In this document: positions 1 through 12,835 of the stretch, in pieces | How positions within the stretch are numbered: the stretch's first letter is position 1 | Layout of the letters: each line of letters begins with the position of its first letter | Source of the DNA: Octopus sinensis | Taxonomy: Eukaryota | Direction of reading: 5' to 3' | DNA length: 64,000 bases | Assembly (NCBI RefSeq): GCF_006345805.1 | Contig: NC_043000.1 | Span: 156,612,001 to 156,676,000 of the forward strand | The notes under the pieces: model-generated | Seen by the model: the letters and a program-made list of their open reading frames with translations, nothing else | Databases searched by the model: none | Told to the model about the DNA's origin: nothing | Made by a program: the position numbers and the translations under genes

Positions 1-645
1 CATTTATTTATTTAGTGATTGATCTTTGTGGCGCTTCGATCTTCATTATATCTTGTTTTTTTTGTAGGGGGACCACAATGGACAGCAGTATTCGAGGTGG
101 GGCCTCGTGAATGTAGAGAAGAGAAGGATGATGGTTTCATGATTGGAAAGTTCTGACGATCCATGAGCACATTCTGCGGGCAACATCGACTTTTTTGTTG
201 GTGTGTACACTCCAACTAAGGTTGCTGTTGACAGTTGCACCTAAGTCTCTGATATTATCCGATGGTTCATGTTGCTGTCCCGACGGTAATGTATATGGTT
301 GTTTGAGTGTGCATTCTCTTCCAAAGCGGATGAGCTCAGATTTTTCTTCCGTTCAACTGCATATTGTTTTTTGTGCCCACTGGTTTACTGCACATAGGTC
401 TGATTGAAGCATTGTTCGATCATATGCTCCCTTAATGACTTGCTGAAGCTTAGAGTCATCTGCAAATATTTTTATGGTGCTCTGTTCAATAGAACGTGTA
501 ATGTCATTGATATAGTTATAGACAATAAAAAGAAGTGGACTCAGCACAGTACCCTGCGGAACTCCGCTGATGACTTTTGCTGGTCTTGATTGGAGGCCAA
601 CACCCACAACATGCTGAGTCCTGTTCGTTAGGAAATACATAATCC
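1..645 (-). mobile_element. CR1/L2-like LINE reverse transcriptase fragment (frameshifted)
   Basis: ORF 353..640 has SGVPQGTVLSPLLF and FADDSK RT motifs; ORF 46..240 has RPHLEYCCPLWSP, typical of CR1-group ORF2. Confidence 0.9.
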
Positions 646-656
646 TTAACAGTATG

Positions 657-696
<40 letters not shown>

Positions 697-885
697 ATAT
701 ATAATATAATATAAATATATGTATGTGTGGTGTTGTGTATATAAATTAATTAGAGGATATGTTAACCCCATGAAGGGATGGTTTCGTCCAAGGAAATACT
801 GGTTCAATACCTAGTATTTTGGGAGAATGAGTATCCTTAAAATAGTAAGTATATATAAAGCATATAGTTTATATCCATTTAAAAT

Positions 886-1073
886 AAGAAAAGAAGATGG
901 ATATTAGGAAGTTTATAATTGTTTATTATTAACAATAAATTAGTCATCTTCAATGTACATATCTGTAATTAAATTATTGAGTATTAATTGAAACGGCTGT
1001 AAGAACCGAAGATGACCAATTTGTTGTTAATAATAAACAATAATTAACTTCCTAATCTCCATTTTCTTTTCTT
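886..1073. repeat. Imperfect inverted repeat (66-bp arms), probable PLE terminal remnant
   Basis: 886-951 is the reverse complement of 1008-1073 with a few mismatches; the spacer has GAAACGGCTGTA, resembling an HHR 3' half. Confidence 0.8.
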
Positions 1074-1123
1074 CTGTTATACACACACAAATACTCACAC
1101 ACACGCACACACGCTCACAGTAT

Positions 1124-1162
<39 letters not shown>

Positions 1163-1244
1163 CTATATAATATATATATATGATATATATATATATATAT
1201 AAATGTACATATGTATGTATGTATGTATCTATGTTCGTAAATAT

Positions 1245-1690
1245 GTAAGTCTCTCTTCTATTTTTAATTATTATAAATCTTCCACGGAGGAGGGAGCCGG
1301 TTTCCAACAAAGATACAAGGTTTCCTCTTTGGATGTAGTTAACACAGACAATTTACATTTGGAACTTAAGAAAAGTCTTGCATACTTTTACTGCTCCACT
1401 CACAGATTGGACTTGTACGAATCAGCCGGCCAATTTCTCTTTCTAAACATCCCAGTTTATCCAGATTCTCCTTTAAGTATTTACTACTGCTCCAATTGTT
1501 ATTGATATGAATATGAATTCAGAGTCTTGATATAGAAGCTGGAGTTTTCGAAGCAGTGGTCTATAGATATTGTCTTTTTCTTTGATTTTCAAAGAGATAT
1601 ATCTGCAGGGCAGCTAACCTCTATGATGGTACATACTTTGCCTCTCTGTCCCAAACAACAATATCTGGCCTGTTATTCTTGCATTTGACA
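1245..1690 (-). mobile_element. RLE-type (R2/R4/NeSL superfamily) non-LTR element 3' fragment in (TACA)n
   Basis: Manual minus-strand translation across frameshifts: KNNRPDIVVWDRE..IIEVSCPAD..KIKEKDNIY..IGA..VKVCKTFLK (PD-(D/E)xK endonuclease); (ATGT)n on both sides. Confidence 0.8.
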
Positions 1691-1703
1691 GAATGTATGT
1701 ATG

Positions 1704-1735
<32 letters not shown>

Positions 1736-1786
1736 TGTATGTATGTATGTATGTATGTATGTCATACATACAAGAGTCATCTTCGT

Positions 1787-2100
1787 AGTCATAAAGCGAG
1801 ACAGATGAGTGACAATCTGGCCACTGGTGGTGGTGTAACACACCATACTAATCATATCTGTCGGGCATGTGGAAGAGAGTGTAATTCGGCGGGAGGACTT
1901 AAACGACATGCAAAGGTACATGAAGCCCAGTTACAACTACAGCCGGCTATTACCAGTAAAGGTTATAGTTGCCAATTTTGTACAAGACATTGTAGATCTT
2001 TGGCTGGGCTAAAAAGTCACATTCGACCACAGCACCAGTAACAGTTAAGCTTCGTGCAATGGCCATACTCGATAACGAGGGGGCAGCCATAATAATAATA
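1787..2100 (+). mobile_element. RTE-like LINE 3' end with two C2H2 zinc fingers and (ATA)n tail
   Basis: CRACGRECNSAGGLKRHAKVH and CQFCTRHCRSLAGLKSHIRPQH; 3' stem-loop CTCG-ATAA-CGAG followed by a short-repeat tail. Confidence 0.7.
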
Positions 2101-2794
2101 ATATGTATGTATGTATGAATGTATTTATGTATGTATGTATGTATGTATGTATGTATGTATGTATGTATGTATGTATGTATGTATGTATGTATGTTATGGA
2201 TGTATGAAATGGATGAGTCATTCGTTAGAACTTCCAAGCATCCGAAATGTTAAATAGTGGCATTTTATTATAGATATCAGCGTTCAATTCCTGTCGCTAC
2301 CTAGGCCTTGGGTTGACTTAATCCCACGATGTTGTACTTGAATGGTCACAGGTCAACGACTGAAATCTTGAAAGCAATATTCTGTGTACTTATTCGCAGG
2401 GGCACACGCGTACAAATCTACTCAGCTATACATCCACATACAACTAGAGATAAAAACCACTCATACATGGAAGTGTGCAGACTGACAAATGTTTTCCGTG
2501 AGAACTCTTCAGTCCTCAAGTATCAGGCAGCAAATCAGAGGACATTCCTTTATTTAAATACATACCACGCTTCTAAGAATGATAAAAGTTTATTGTCTTC
2601 CTTTATCCTGTATCATGAGTTTTGAAGAGGACATTCCCAGTACACTAATTTCTGGTTACAGGATACAGGAATAAGAAAGAGAGGCACGAAAAAGAGAGAC
2701 GGACAACAGAGAGAGAGAGAGTCGTAAGGAAGTAAATATGGGGTGCAACCATGATACATACATACATATATCTATATATGTATATGTGTGTGTG

Positions 2795-2844
<50 letters not shown>

Positions 2845-3112
2845 TGTACATGTTAATATGTATCATATATGTATGGAATATTGTGCATATATATATGTAT
2901 ATATTTATATATGTGTATATATATATATGTGTGTGTGTGTATATATATTTATGTATATATATGAATATATAAAAAACACACATCCACTTAGATACCTATA
3001 TATATATATGTATATATATGTATATATATATATATGTGTGTGCGTGTAATATATTATTATATATATATATATATAAATATATATTATTATATATATATAT
3101 TAATATATATAA

Positions 3113-3184
<72 letters not shown>

Positions 3185-4450
3185 AATATATAATGTATAT
3201 GTATATATCTATATCTATGTATCTATATTGGGCTAAGGAATAATTCATGAGCGTTTCTGTTTTTCTTTCTTTCTTTTTCAAATTTGAAACTGCAAGCAGA
3301 AATATCTACTTACTTACATACATACAAAAGATGTTGAATAACGCTGCATGGATACGTGTAACTAGGATGAAATCTAAATAACAACCGAACCAATAGGATG
3401 CAAAGGGACATCACATAGCAAGATATCGATGTATTCAGAAAAAAATGTCGGGGGAGAGTTTAAAGAGATTATAATAAACGAAAGACTGTAGTAATAGTAA
3501 CACACATCTGTTATCTTTTATCTGTTACTAGCTTCAATCGAACAAATCGACCCCAAGACATTTTAAAAAGTCTATTACTTACTGTATCGGTGTATTTTAT
3601 CTAACTGCTAGGTAAAAGGACATAAACACACCAACGCTAATTTGTGAAGCGGAGATGGGGGACATACACAGACAAAGATACGCGCCCACACACATACACA
3701 CACACACACACACACACCACGCACACAGACACACACGTATATATATATATATATATACATATATATTATATATATATATACTGTATATATACACGTATAT
3801 GCGTATTTATATATGTATATATGTATATATATATGTATCTATATGTATATATGTTTGTGTGTGTGTGTGTGTGTGGTTAGGGTGCTTCACTCACGATCCT
3901 TAGATCGCAAATTAGATTGTTGGACCGGCCGCGAATTTTTTTCCCACGAGAGTTCCGGACCTCAGAATAGGTATAGGTGCAAATCTATCTAATTACTTGT
4001 CTCCTAGAATCAGCCATAACTCCACGATCGGTCGACTTACAACACCGTTCTTCGTCGTGAGTTTACTTAACCGAGTGTGTTAATTAACGTAACAACAAGG
4101 TCACGGTGAGCTCTGATTGTTCTGTATGCAAATGAGTTCATTACCTGGGCTCGAAAATCTCGTGGGAGAAAATTCGCGGACTGACCTGCTCGTTGTGCTC
4201 TTGACATATCATTCAACATTGCTTTGCGATTACTTCGACACCTGACTTGTGACACACATGTGCAGCGGCACAGACAATGTCGATTTGATGGAGGAAGAGA
4301 GCTAATGTACAACACGTGCATTTGATCACTATGGACAAATCATTTCAGCTGGCCGTCCAGCAGAATCTGAACACTCTCATGTCGCTTTCGAGCTGTGACC
4401 ACCATATGTACCGTATAGATGTGTATAAATGTGTGTTTATATATGTATTA

Positions 4451-4505
<55 letters not shown>

Positions 4506-4560
4506 TTATATATATATATATATATATGTTATTTTTGATTATATATATGTTGTGTGTGTT

Positions 4561-4599
<39 letters not shown>

Positions 4600-4604
<5 letters not shown>

Positions 4605-5090
4605 TACAGAAAACGAGAAAGAAACCATACTCTGGGATATGCCGATACACACAGATAGAGAAATTAAGGCCAACAGACCAGATATAGTTGTCAAAGATCA
4701 TGAAGAAAAAAAATGCTTTCTAATTGATGTATCAATACCGGCAGATGACAACGTGTCTCTAAAAGAAATGGAGAAACTTTCAAAATACAAAGACCTGGAA
4801 ATAGAGGTAACCAGAATGTGGAATCTAAAAACAGAAACAATTCCTATCATAGTAGGTGCATTAGGCATGATAAAAAAATATTCAGACAAATACATAACAA
4901 AAACACCAGGACTTACAAACACATATAACATACAGAAAATTGCACTGCTAGGCACTGCACACATCCTACGCAGAACACTTTCCATACAATAACCATCAGA
5001 GCATCACAACAAATCACAGCACATACCTAAGGCACACAGAGCTGCGCTCGGTAGTGAAGTGAAAGCATGCTATAAAAATATACTACTAAA
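4600..5090 (+). mobile_element. R4/Dong-like non-LTR retrotransposon 3' end (RLE domain + 3' UTR) in (TAA)n
   Basis: ILWDMPIHTDREIKANRPDIVV..LIDVSIP..EKLSKYKDL..PIIVGALG..QKIALLGTAHILR; (TAA)n on both flanks. Confidence 0.9.
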
Positions 5091-5115
5091 TAATAATAAT
5101 AATAATAATGATAAT

Positions 5116-5304
5116 TGTTTCTTTTTATTACCCACAAGGGGCTAAACATAGTGGGGACAAACAAGGACAGACAAACGGATTAAGTCGATTATATCGACCC
5201 CAGTGCGTAACTGGTACTTATTTAATCGACCCCGAAAGGATGAAAGGCAAAGTCGACCTCAGCGGAATTTGAACTCAGAACGTAACGGCAGAGTTCAAAT
5301 TCCG
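5116..5304 (-). mobile_element. SINE family B, 5'-truncated
   Basis: Reverse complement matches the 22793-23025 copy (core GTCGACTTTGCCTTTCATCCTTTCGGGGTCGAT and tail). Confidence 0.9.
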
Positions 5305-5305
5305 A

Positions 5306-5339
<34 letters not shown>

Positions 5340-5357
5340 TAATAATAATAATAATAA

Positions 5358-5912
5358 TGCCCTGATGCAGTACCAGGCAGTGGCTCTCATGGCTTCTGAT
5401 CGTAACTGATTGGAAGTGTTATCATGTACATTGTTTGTCTTGGTATAAAAGATGGGCTACAGCAAATATTTGCTCAATACCACAGATTTGCTTGTCAGTT
5501 GTTTGACCTTAGCCAGTTGAGCATGTCCACTTAGTTGCTGACGATATGTGCATCTCTGATCACGAGCAGGAAGTAGTGGGGGAGCATCATAGCCATGTGT
5601 TGAGAAGGATTCTTTGAGGTTTGAATAATTCACCTCTGGAAACATGGGGTTTCGTTCAACGGTCCTTAAACAACCCTTATCAGGGACCTTTTGAGCGGGA
5701 TGTGTTACTCGATCTGAAGAAAATTCTAACTGGGCTCCACCTGCAAGGTCATGTGCTGTTTATCTTTGATATGAGAAACCATGTCGCGCACATATGGTTG
5801 TGATGCATGTGCCTGGTGTACCCTTATCAGACGAGTAGTCATGATGGGTATACTGGGCTTCGTATATTTTACCCCAGTGTCACTTTGATGGCATGCTCTG
5901 CTCGCTCACTCA
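5358..5912. mobile_element. Unclassified ~555-bp insertion between (TAA)n tracts
   Basis: Sharp (AAT)n boundaries on both sides, higher GC than flanks, no recognisable ORF; single copy in window. Confidence 0.5.
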
Positions 5913-6843
5913 ATAATAATAATAATAATAAAAGCGAAACTCTGTTTGTTCGACTGAGACCCCTGTATCTTAGTTTACATTTGCTCTACATAGACATATT
6001 ATACGTTTTTGGAATCAGGATGGTCCCAGGATTGAAAATCTGCCCTTCATTTGATTCTCGAACATCCAGCATTGTGATCTGATTTAAAAGCATTTGGGTT
6101 GCTATTTCTAGCAGATAGAGCTTGGCTGATTCACGCTATATTCATTGGCGTTTTTCAGATGACGCCAGAAATTAAGGTGGAGATAAATGACATTCACATC
6201 GTTAGCTTTAAGTCGTGATAAGAACTTTGGGAAACATTGGCCAACAGTTGGAACAATAGAATGACTGCATTACAGAATTAATTCTTATCCGTCCTTAAGT
6301 TCTGATCAAAAACCGCCTGGGCATATAGTCATTTACTGTTGGGCTGCAGGGTCAATCAGCATGCTTTAAAGTCCGGAGTCCGTCTCTCAAGCTAGTATGT
6401 ATACATATAAGTTTAATGTACAATTTATGGCTTTATATAATCCGGTGATATTCACCAAAAAGCTCCTTTAGTGGACCAGGCTACAAACCACATAGTAAAT
6501 CAATAGGCAGGAGTGCATTGTAGAGTCCTAAGATTACTTACTGCATGAGGAGTATACAGAACATAAAGAAAACCAGGAGGTATGAGGTGAACCTATTTAT
6601 TTCATTAGTTGATATCCATAGAATGACAATCGTTTCGCTGTCAGAAGTGATCGTCATCTTATGGATCTCAACTGGTAAAATGAATATATTCACCTCATAC
6701 CTTCTCAGTTCCCTTATATTCCATACACCCCCCCATATATATATATATAACGGGAAGGTTTACGAAAATAAACAAAAGACGAAGGTAGGTGGAGTACAAA
6801 CAAACAATTGTATTAGTATGGCGCTCAGGAATAGAAATAAAAC

Positions 6844-6891
<48 letters not shown>

Positions 6892-6917
6892 ATATATATA
6901 ATATATATATATATATC

Positions 6918-6950
<33 letters not shown>

Positions 6951-6956
6951 TATATA

Positions 6957-7319
6957 CTCAGCAGCATCGTACGGCATTACTCGGGTTTGTAAGGGAAATA
7001 ACTATATAAGCATTTTTAGTGAGAGTTATAGCCAAAAAATAGCAAAAAATGCATTAAAAATGGAAAAAAATGATGGTAATTTTTTTAAAAAATCGTTGAC
7101 TCATCGTAGACATTTTTAGAGAGTTACTTCCCTTATATAATAACGAAAAAAATGCATTAAAATGGAAAAAAATGATAGTAATTTTTTTTTTAATCGTAGA
7201 CTCATCGTAGACGCGCGCTAATACCCAGAAGGGCTCGATATGAATCACGACTATAAGATACCCGCAAAATGGGAGTAGTTAGGAATCTAAATCGTAGGAG
7301 ACAGACACACACCTTACTT

Positions 7320-7325
<6 letters not shown>
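6957..7325 (-). mobile_element. Non-autonomous Helitron-like element
   Basis: Homologous to 47030-47429; degenerate 3' hairpin/CTAG end; internal ~105-bp direct repeat. Confidence 0.7.
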
Positions 7326-7382
<57 letters not shown>

Positions 7383-7424
7383 AGAGATGCGTACCGTTCA
7401 ATCGTATCGTATAATAATAATAAT

Positions 7425-7471
<47 letters not shown>

Positions 7472-8119
7472 TATGTGGGCTCAGGACGTCATGAAATGTG
7501 TACACAGAAAAATACGACCTACGAGTACATGGAATATGAACTACCTTTTCGAACATCGAAAGACACAAAGCAAGGCAACACAAAGAACGACCCTTCATCA
7601 GTTGTTGGCTGTTTTTCTACTCTCGAATTTCGAGCATTTAACAACAATATACGCTTTCGATAAAACAGTTGCACCCGCAAAGCAAATTAAATAAAATTTG
7701 TTATTTTTCGGAGGGTCAAAATTGGTAACGCAAAAAGGACAGTGAAAACAAACAAGAAAGGCTGCTAAACCTAAACGAAGTGTGGTGGCGAACGCGTAAA
7801 TCAAGCTTGGACAGGAGACACACAACAACACGTCTTCCTTGTTCCACTTGACCATCGGCCATCTTTCCTCTAACTTGAGTTTCTTTCTTTCTTTCCGTTG
7901 TGTATATGAGTATATGTGTGTGTGTACGGTATATTCTAATAAGCTTAAAGTTTATAAGCGATCACCATGTAGTGTCTAAAGAAAATAGTGAAATATCGGG
8001 ATATTCTTTAGACTATTTTCTTTAGTCATTACACAACGATTGCTTATAAAATATCATTATTATCATTTACTGAAGTGTAAAAATCAACACTTCTTACCAA
8101 GCACGCGCACACACGCATA

Positions 8120-8161
<42 letters not shown>

Positions 8162-8496
8162 ATGCATACACACTCATACATGCATACACACTCACACATG
8201 CATAGCATACACACATATCTAATTATCTGTAGACCATCCTCAGTTGATGTCGCTCAGTGCAGTTGTTTGATAATGGGTCGGAATGTCGACCAGGTTCCGG
8301 ACACACATCTAGATGTTGTGGTTCTCACACATCGTTCTTGTTCTTATATTGCAGATTAAGGAGCTCTTCCTTATATCTTAGTTATTTATTATTAATATAT
8401 TTATTCAGCTTTCGGGACCGATAAAATGAATACCGGCTGAGCACGAAAATGCTGGTCTTGAGCCAAAATTTGGAACTAATACATTTATTTATTGTA

Positions 8497-8705
8497 AGGT
8501 GGTGAGATGGCGAAATCGTTGGCTCGTCGGGCAAAATGATTAGCAGCACTTCTTCAGTCTTTAATTTCTGAGTTCAAATTCAGCTGGGGTCGACTTTGCT
8601 TTTCATTATGTCAGGGTCGATAAATTAAGTACTTGGTTATAAATGGGGGCGATATAATCGACTTACCATATCCAACAAAACTTGCTGGCCATTTGCCGAA
8701 ATTTG
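8497..8705 (+). mobile_element. SINE family B, diverged
   Basis: Head GGTGGTGAGATGGCGAAATCGTT, GAGTTCAAATTC box and core match other B copies. Confidence 0.8.
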
Positions 8706-8960
8706 TTTATTTTGCTGTTGTATAATTTTTTTTTTAGCCTACTCTAGAAAATCAACCCTAGCACTTGCAAAACGCTCCATGGTGAGTAAGGTGGGACCAG
8801 CCCAAAAGACTATCTGAACACGGGTGGCAAAGTTTCCGAGATCATCGCCTAGACACGCGCGTACACACACACACACATCCTCGCATACAGTGAGACTAAT
8901 AATCATGCATACACTCACACAGACCTACATACCGACTAGCATATACATAAATACATAAAT

Positions 8961-9190
8961 ATTTATTTCTTTATTGCCCACTGGGGGGTTAAGCATAGAG
9001 GTGGCAGACAAGGACAGACAAACGGATTAAGTCGATTACATCGACCGCAGTGCGTAACTGGTACTTATTTAATCGAGCCCGAAAGGATAAAAGGTAAAGT
9101 CGACCTCAGTGTAATTTAAAACTCAGAACGTAATGGTAGACGAAATACTGTTAAGCTCTTCGCCCGGCGCGCTAACGATGCTGCCGGCTC
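8961..9190 (-). mobile_element. SINE family B
   Basis: Reverse complement of the 22793-23025 type. Confidence 0.9.
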
Positions 9191-9769
9191 GGAATATTAT
9201 TAGATAAGTATGTAATAATGATAAGTCAACATTAAGCAATGGGCATTAGTCGGCGGCTTGTAAGAAACTTACATAATATTTCATGCACGAACAGTGACAT
9301 TTTAATATTTCATATATTTAATAGATTCACAATGGCTACCCCATAGAAAGTAAATGAATGCATGTTATACAAATTAGTGTCGTCGGTGTGTAATACTGGT
9401 TAGTGTTATTTTACTTTCCACTGCAAACATGCTATACACTGCAGGCGTGTGGCATTAAATTTATCATTGCTTTTCTAATACATGCATACATACATACAAC
9501 ATACATACATACATACAAACATACATACATACACATACATACATACTACATACACACATATCATACATGACATACATACACACAAATACACAAAACATCA
9601 CATGTATCCATATATCTATATATATATATATATAATTTGAATGTACACCACTTGGGTATGAGTGTATATTATATATATATATATATATATATTATTATAT
9701 ATATATATTATATGTATAATATGTATGTATATATAGTAGTATGTATATATGTTATATATATATATGTAT

Positions 9770-9819
<50 letters not shown>

Positions 9820-9880
9820 CTATCATACATACATTCACACACAGACACACATATATGTATATATATATATATTATATATA

Positions 9881-9930
<50 letters not shown>

Positions 9931-10170
9931 CACACACATATACACACATACAAATACGCATGTACATGTACACAGACATTCCTTATGATTTTGCACTCTT
10001 AGGTAACCTAGTTTCCCGAAGCATTCTTGTATCCTTACACAATCTTTCCGACACCAACACGCCGACACACAAACGTACACGCGTATTATAATGGAAAAAA
10101 CTATACACTTTCCCTGGAAGCGTGATATTTTTGTATCCCCAGACACAAATAATATCAAAACCATGCTGAC

Positions 10171-10210
<40 letters not shown>

Positions 10211-10406
10211 TAATATTAATAATAATAATTAATAGCGTGTATATTTATGTTTTGGCGTGTTACGTATATCGCACTCAAGTGGAGATATAAAATGGGTCCC
10301 ATATCCGTTTGTATATGTTCGTGTGGAGTGAGTTTATGTACGGTTATGTAAGCATCCCAGAATATTCGGTACAGCGAGCCTTCGCTAAAAGTACAAAACG
10401 GGATAG

Positions 10407-10441
<35 letters not shown>

Positions 10442-10522
10442 TATATATATATATATAAGTATATATATATATAAATAGATATATGTATATATATATTATA
10501 TATATATATATGTATATATATG

Positions 10523-10553
<31 letters not shown>

Positions 10554-10756
10554 TATGTATGTGTATGCAGTATGTATGTATGTATGTATGTATGTATGTA
10601 TGTATGTAGATGTATGTATGCCCATGCATGTATGTATGCATATGTATATATGTATGTATATATATATATGAATGTATGTGTATATATATATAATATATAA
10701 TATATATATATATATAATATATATATAATAATATATTATATATAATATATATATAT

Positions 10757-10950
10757 GGAGAATTCACGAAAAATCAAAAGACGAAGAAGGTGGTGTTAGA
10801 CAAAAACAGATGTACTAGTATAACGCTCGGGAATAAAAAAGTCGTTCACATTTCGAGCCTATGCTCTTCCACAGGAAAGGAACACAGAAACGAAACAAGG
10901 AGAGAAAATATAAAGAATGTGTAGTGGCTAGTGATTCTATCATGGCGAAT
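10757..10950 (-). mobile_element. PLE-like terminal fragment with degenerate HHR
   Basis: Related to 6752-6848, 34600-34690 and 56340-56512; minus strand CTGTGGA-A-GAGC-ATAG-GCTC-GAAA-TG-TG; (TA)n flanks. Confidence 0.55.
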
Positions 10951-11021
10951 ATATATATATATATATATATATATACATTACATATGGATGAATTTATGTA
11001 TATGTATATTCTTTTAGTCTT

Positions 11022-11208
11022 TTCTTCTTTTATTTGTTTCAGTCATTTGATGCGGCAATGCTGGAGTACCGCCGGACTTATTTTTTGTAAAGCTACTACT
11101 TATTGTATCGATCTATTTTGCCGACCCGCTAGATTACGGGGACTTAAACACACCAGCATCGGTTGACAAGCGATGGTGGGAGACAACATAGACACACACA
11201 GACACACA

Positions 11209-11247
<39 letters not shown>

Positions 11248-12050
11248 AGGCAGGTTGTTCATGCAGGAATAGGAATGAATGCCCAGTGGACGCCCGATGT
11301 AACACCGAGACTACAGTGTACCATACAAAGGTAGCCTCCAACAGAAGCAGCACAAATATCGATAACATCAATGCCAACGCAGGGACACAAACTAAAATTT
11401 ATGTCGGATCCTGTGAATTCAGATTGAAAATTCGCCTAAACCACCACAAATCTTCTCTCAGGGTCCCGAAGAGACGCAACACAGCACTGGCAGCATATAC
11501 ATGGCGCCTAAAGGACGATCATACGCCCTTTAACGTCGGGTGGGAATTATTGGAAACTTGTGGACCAAGACTGGAACAAGACTGTATAAAATGTGCATGG
11601 CAGAAAGATATATATAATCCTCATGAACTCACATGAACCAGGAGGAATTTGAACTAAATTCCAGGACGGAATTTACTTCAAATTGGAAAACCTAGCTATC
11701 AAGCGAAGGAAGACAACTCGGGCAGACATAATTTTTTCAGAGGAATATTTCTTGATCACCGGCGTTCTTGTGTTTAAAAAGACATTCTTTGCAGAGAACG
11801 GTTATTGTTTGGAAAAACTGAAAGGATGTTTAATTCACGGTAGATATAAAACCAATGGGTTTTTCTCTAAACTTACGTTACACATACATATATATATACG
11901 ACGAGCTTCTTTCAGTTTCTTTCTACAAATTCAATCACATGACTTTGGTCGACTCGAGGCTATAGTAGAAGACAATTGCCCAAGGTGCCATACAGTGGGA
12001 CTGAACCCGGAACATTGTGGTTGGGAAGCAAGTTTCTTACCCACAGTCAC
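11022..12050 (-). mobile_element. SINE family A split at its internal microsatellite
   Basis: Tail half at 11022-11190 and head half at 11895-12050 match the full copy at 27890-28313. Confidence 0.8.
11250..11880 (+). mobile_element. Penelope-like element GIY-YIG endonuclease fragment
   Basis: CSCRNRNECPVDARC..VY..YVGSCE..KIRLNHHKSS..TALAAYTWRLK..W; downstream frames give KMCMAERYII and LNSRTEF. Confidence 0.85.
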
Positions 12051-12189
12051 ACATACATTTACATATACATTTAAATATAAATTTACATAAATACATGCAT
12101 ACATACACACGCCCGCGCACACACACATATAAATACATCCATACATATTCATGCAGCTTTAGAAAAATTACTGGATAGACATACACACG

Positions 12190-12231
<42 letters not shown>

Positions 12232-12437
12232 GAAATGTTCAAATATCTACACTGCCTTGGTTTTTTATCTCATTACGCAAAACATTCTTATATATGTATA
12301 TATTCTCATATATATATATATATTCTTAAATATACATACTATCTATACATATAGATATATATATAGATATATATATATATATATATATATATAGATATAT
12401 ATATATATTATATTCTTAAATATACATACATATATAT

Positions 12438-12484
<47 letters not shown>

Positions 12485-12523
12485 TAAATATACATACATA
12501 TATATATATAATATATTTATATA

Positions 12524-12555
<32 letters not shown>

Positions 12556-12579
12556 GTATGTTGTATGTATGTATGTATA

Positions 12580-12835
12580 TTCTTTAGTCTTGTCTTCTGT
12601 TATTTGTTCAGTCATTGACTGCGGCCATGCTGGAGCACTGCCATTAGACGAAAACATCGACCCCCGTGTTTATGCTACCCCCCCCCTAACTTAGCGGTTC
12701 GGCAAAAGGCAATGATAGAAGATGTACTAGGCTTGCAAACAATAAGCCCTGGGGTTGATTTCTTCGACTAAAAACCCTTCAAGACGGTGCTCCAGCAAGG
12801 TCGCTGTCAAATGACTGAAACAAAGGAATAAAAGC
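12580..12835. mobile_element. Two headless SINE A tails in inverted orientation
   Basis: 12580-12665 minus and 12666-12835 plus both match the A tail (GGTGCTCCAGCATGGCCGCAGTC..TGACTGAAAC). Confidence 0.8.

Noticed and set aside
7530-7660. Minus-strand CTGATGA with nearby GAAA as an HHR
   Set aside because: Could not form convincing stems I-III by eye
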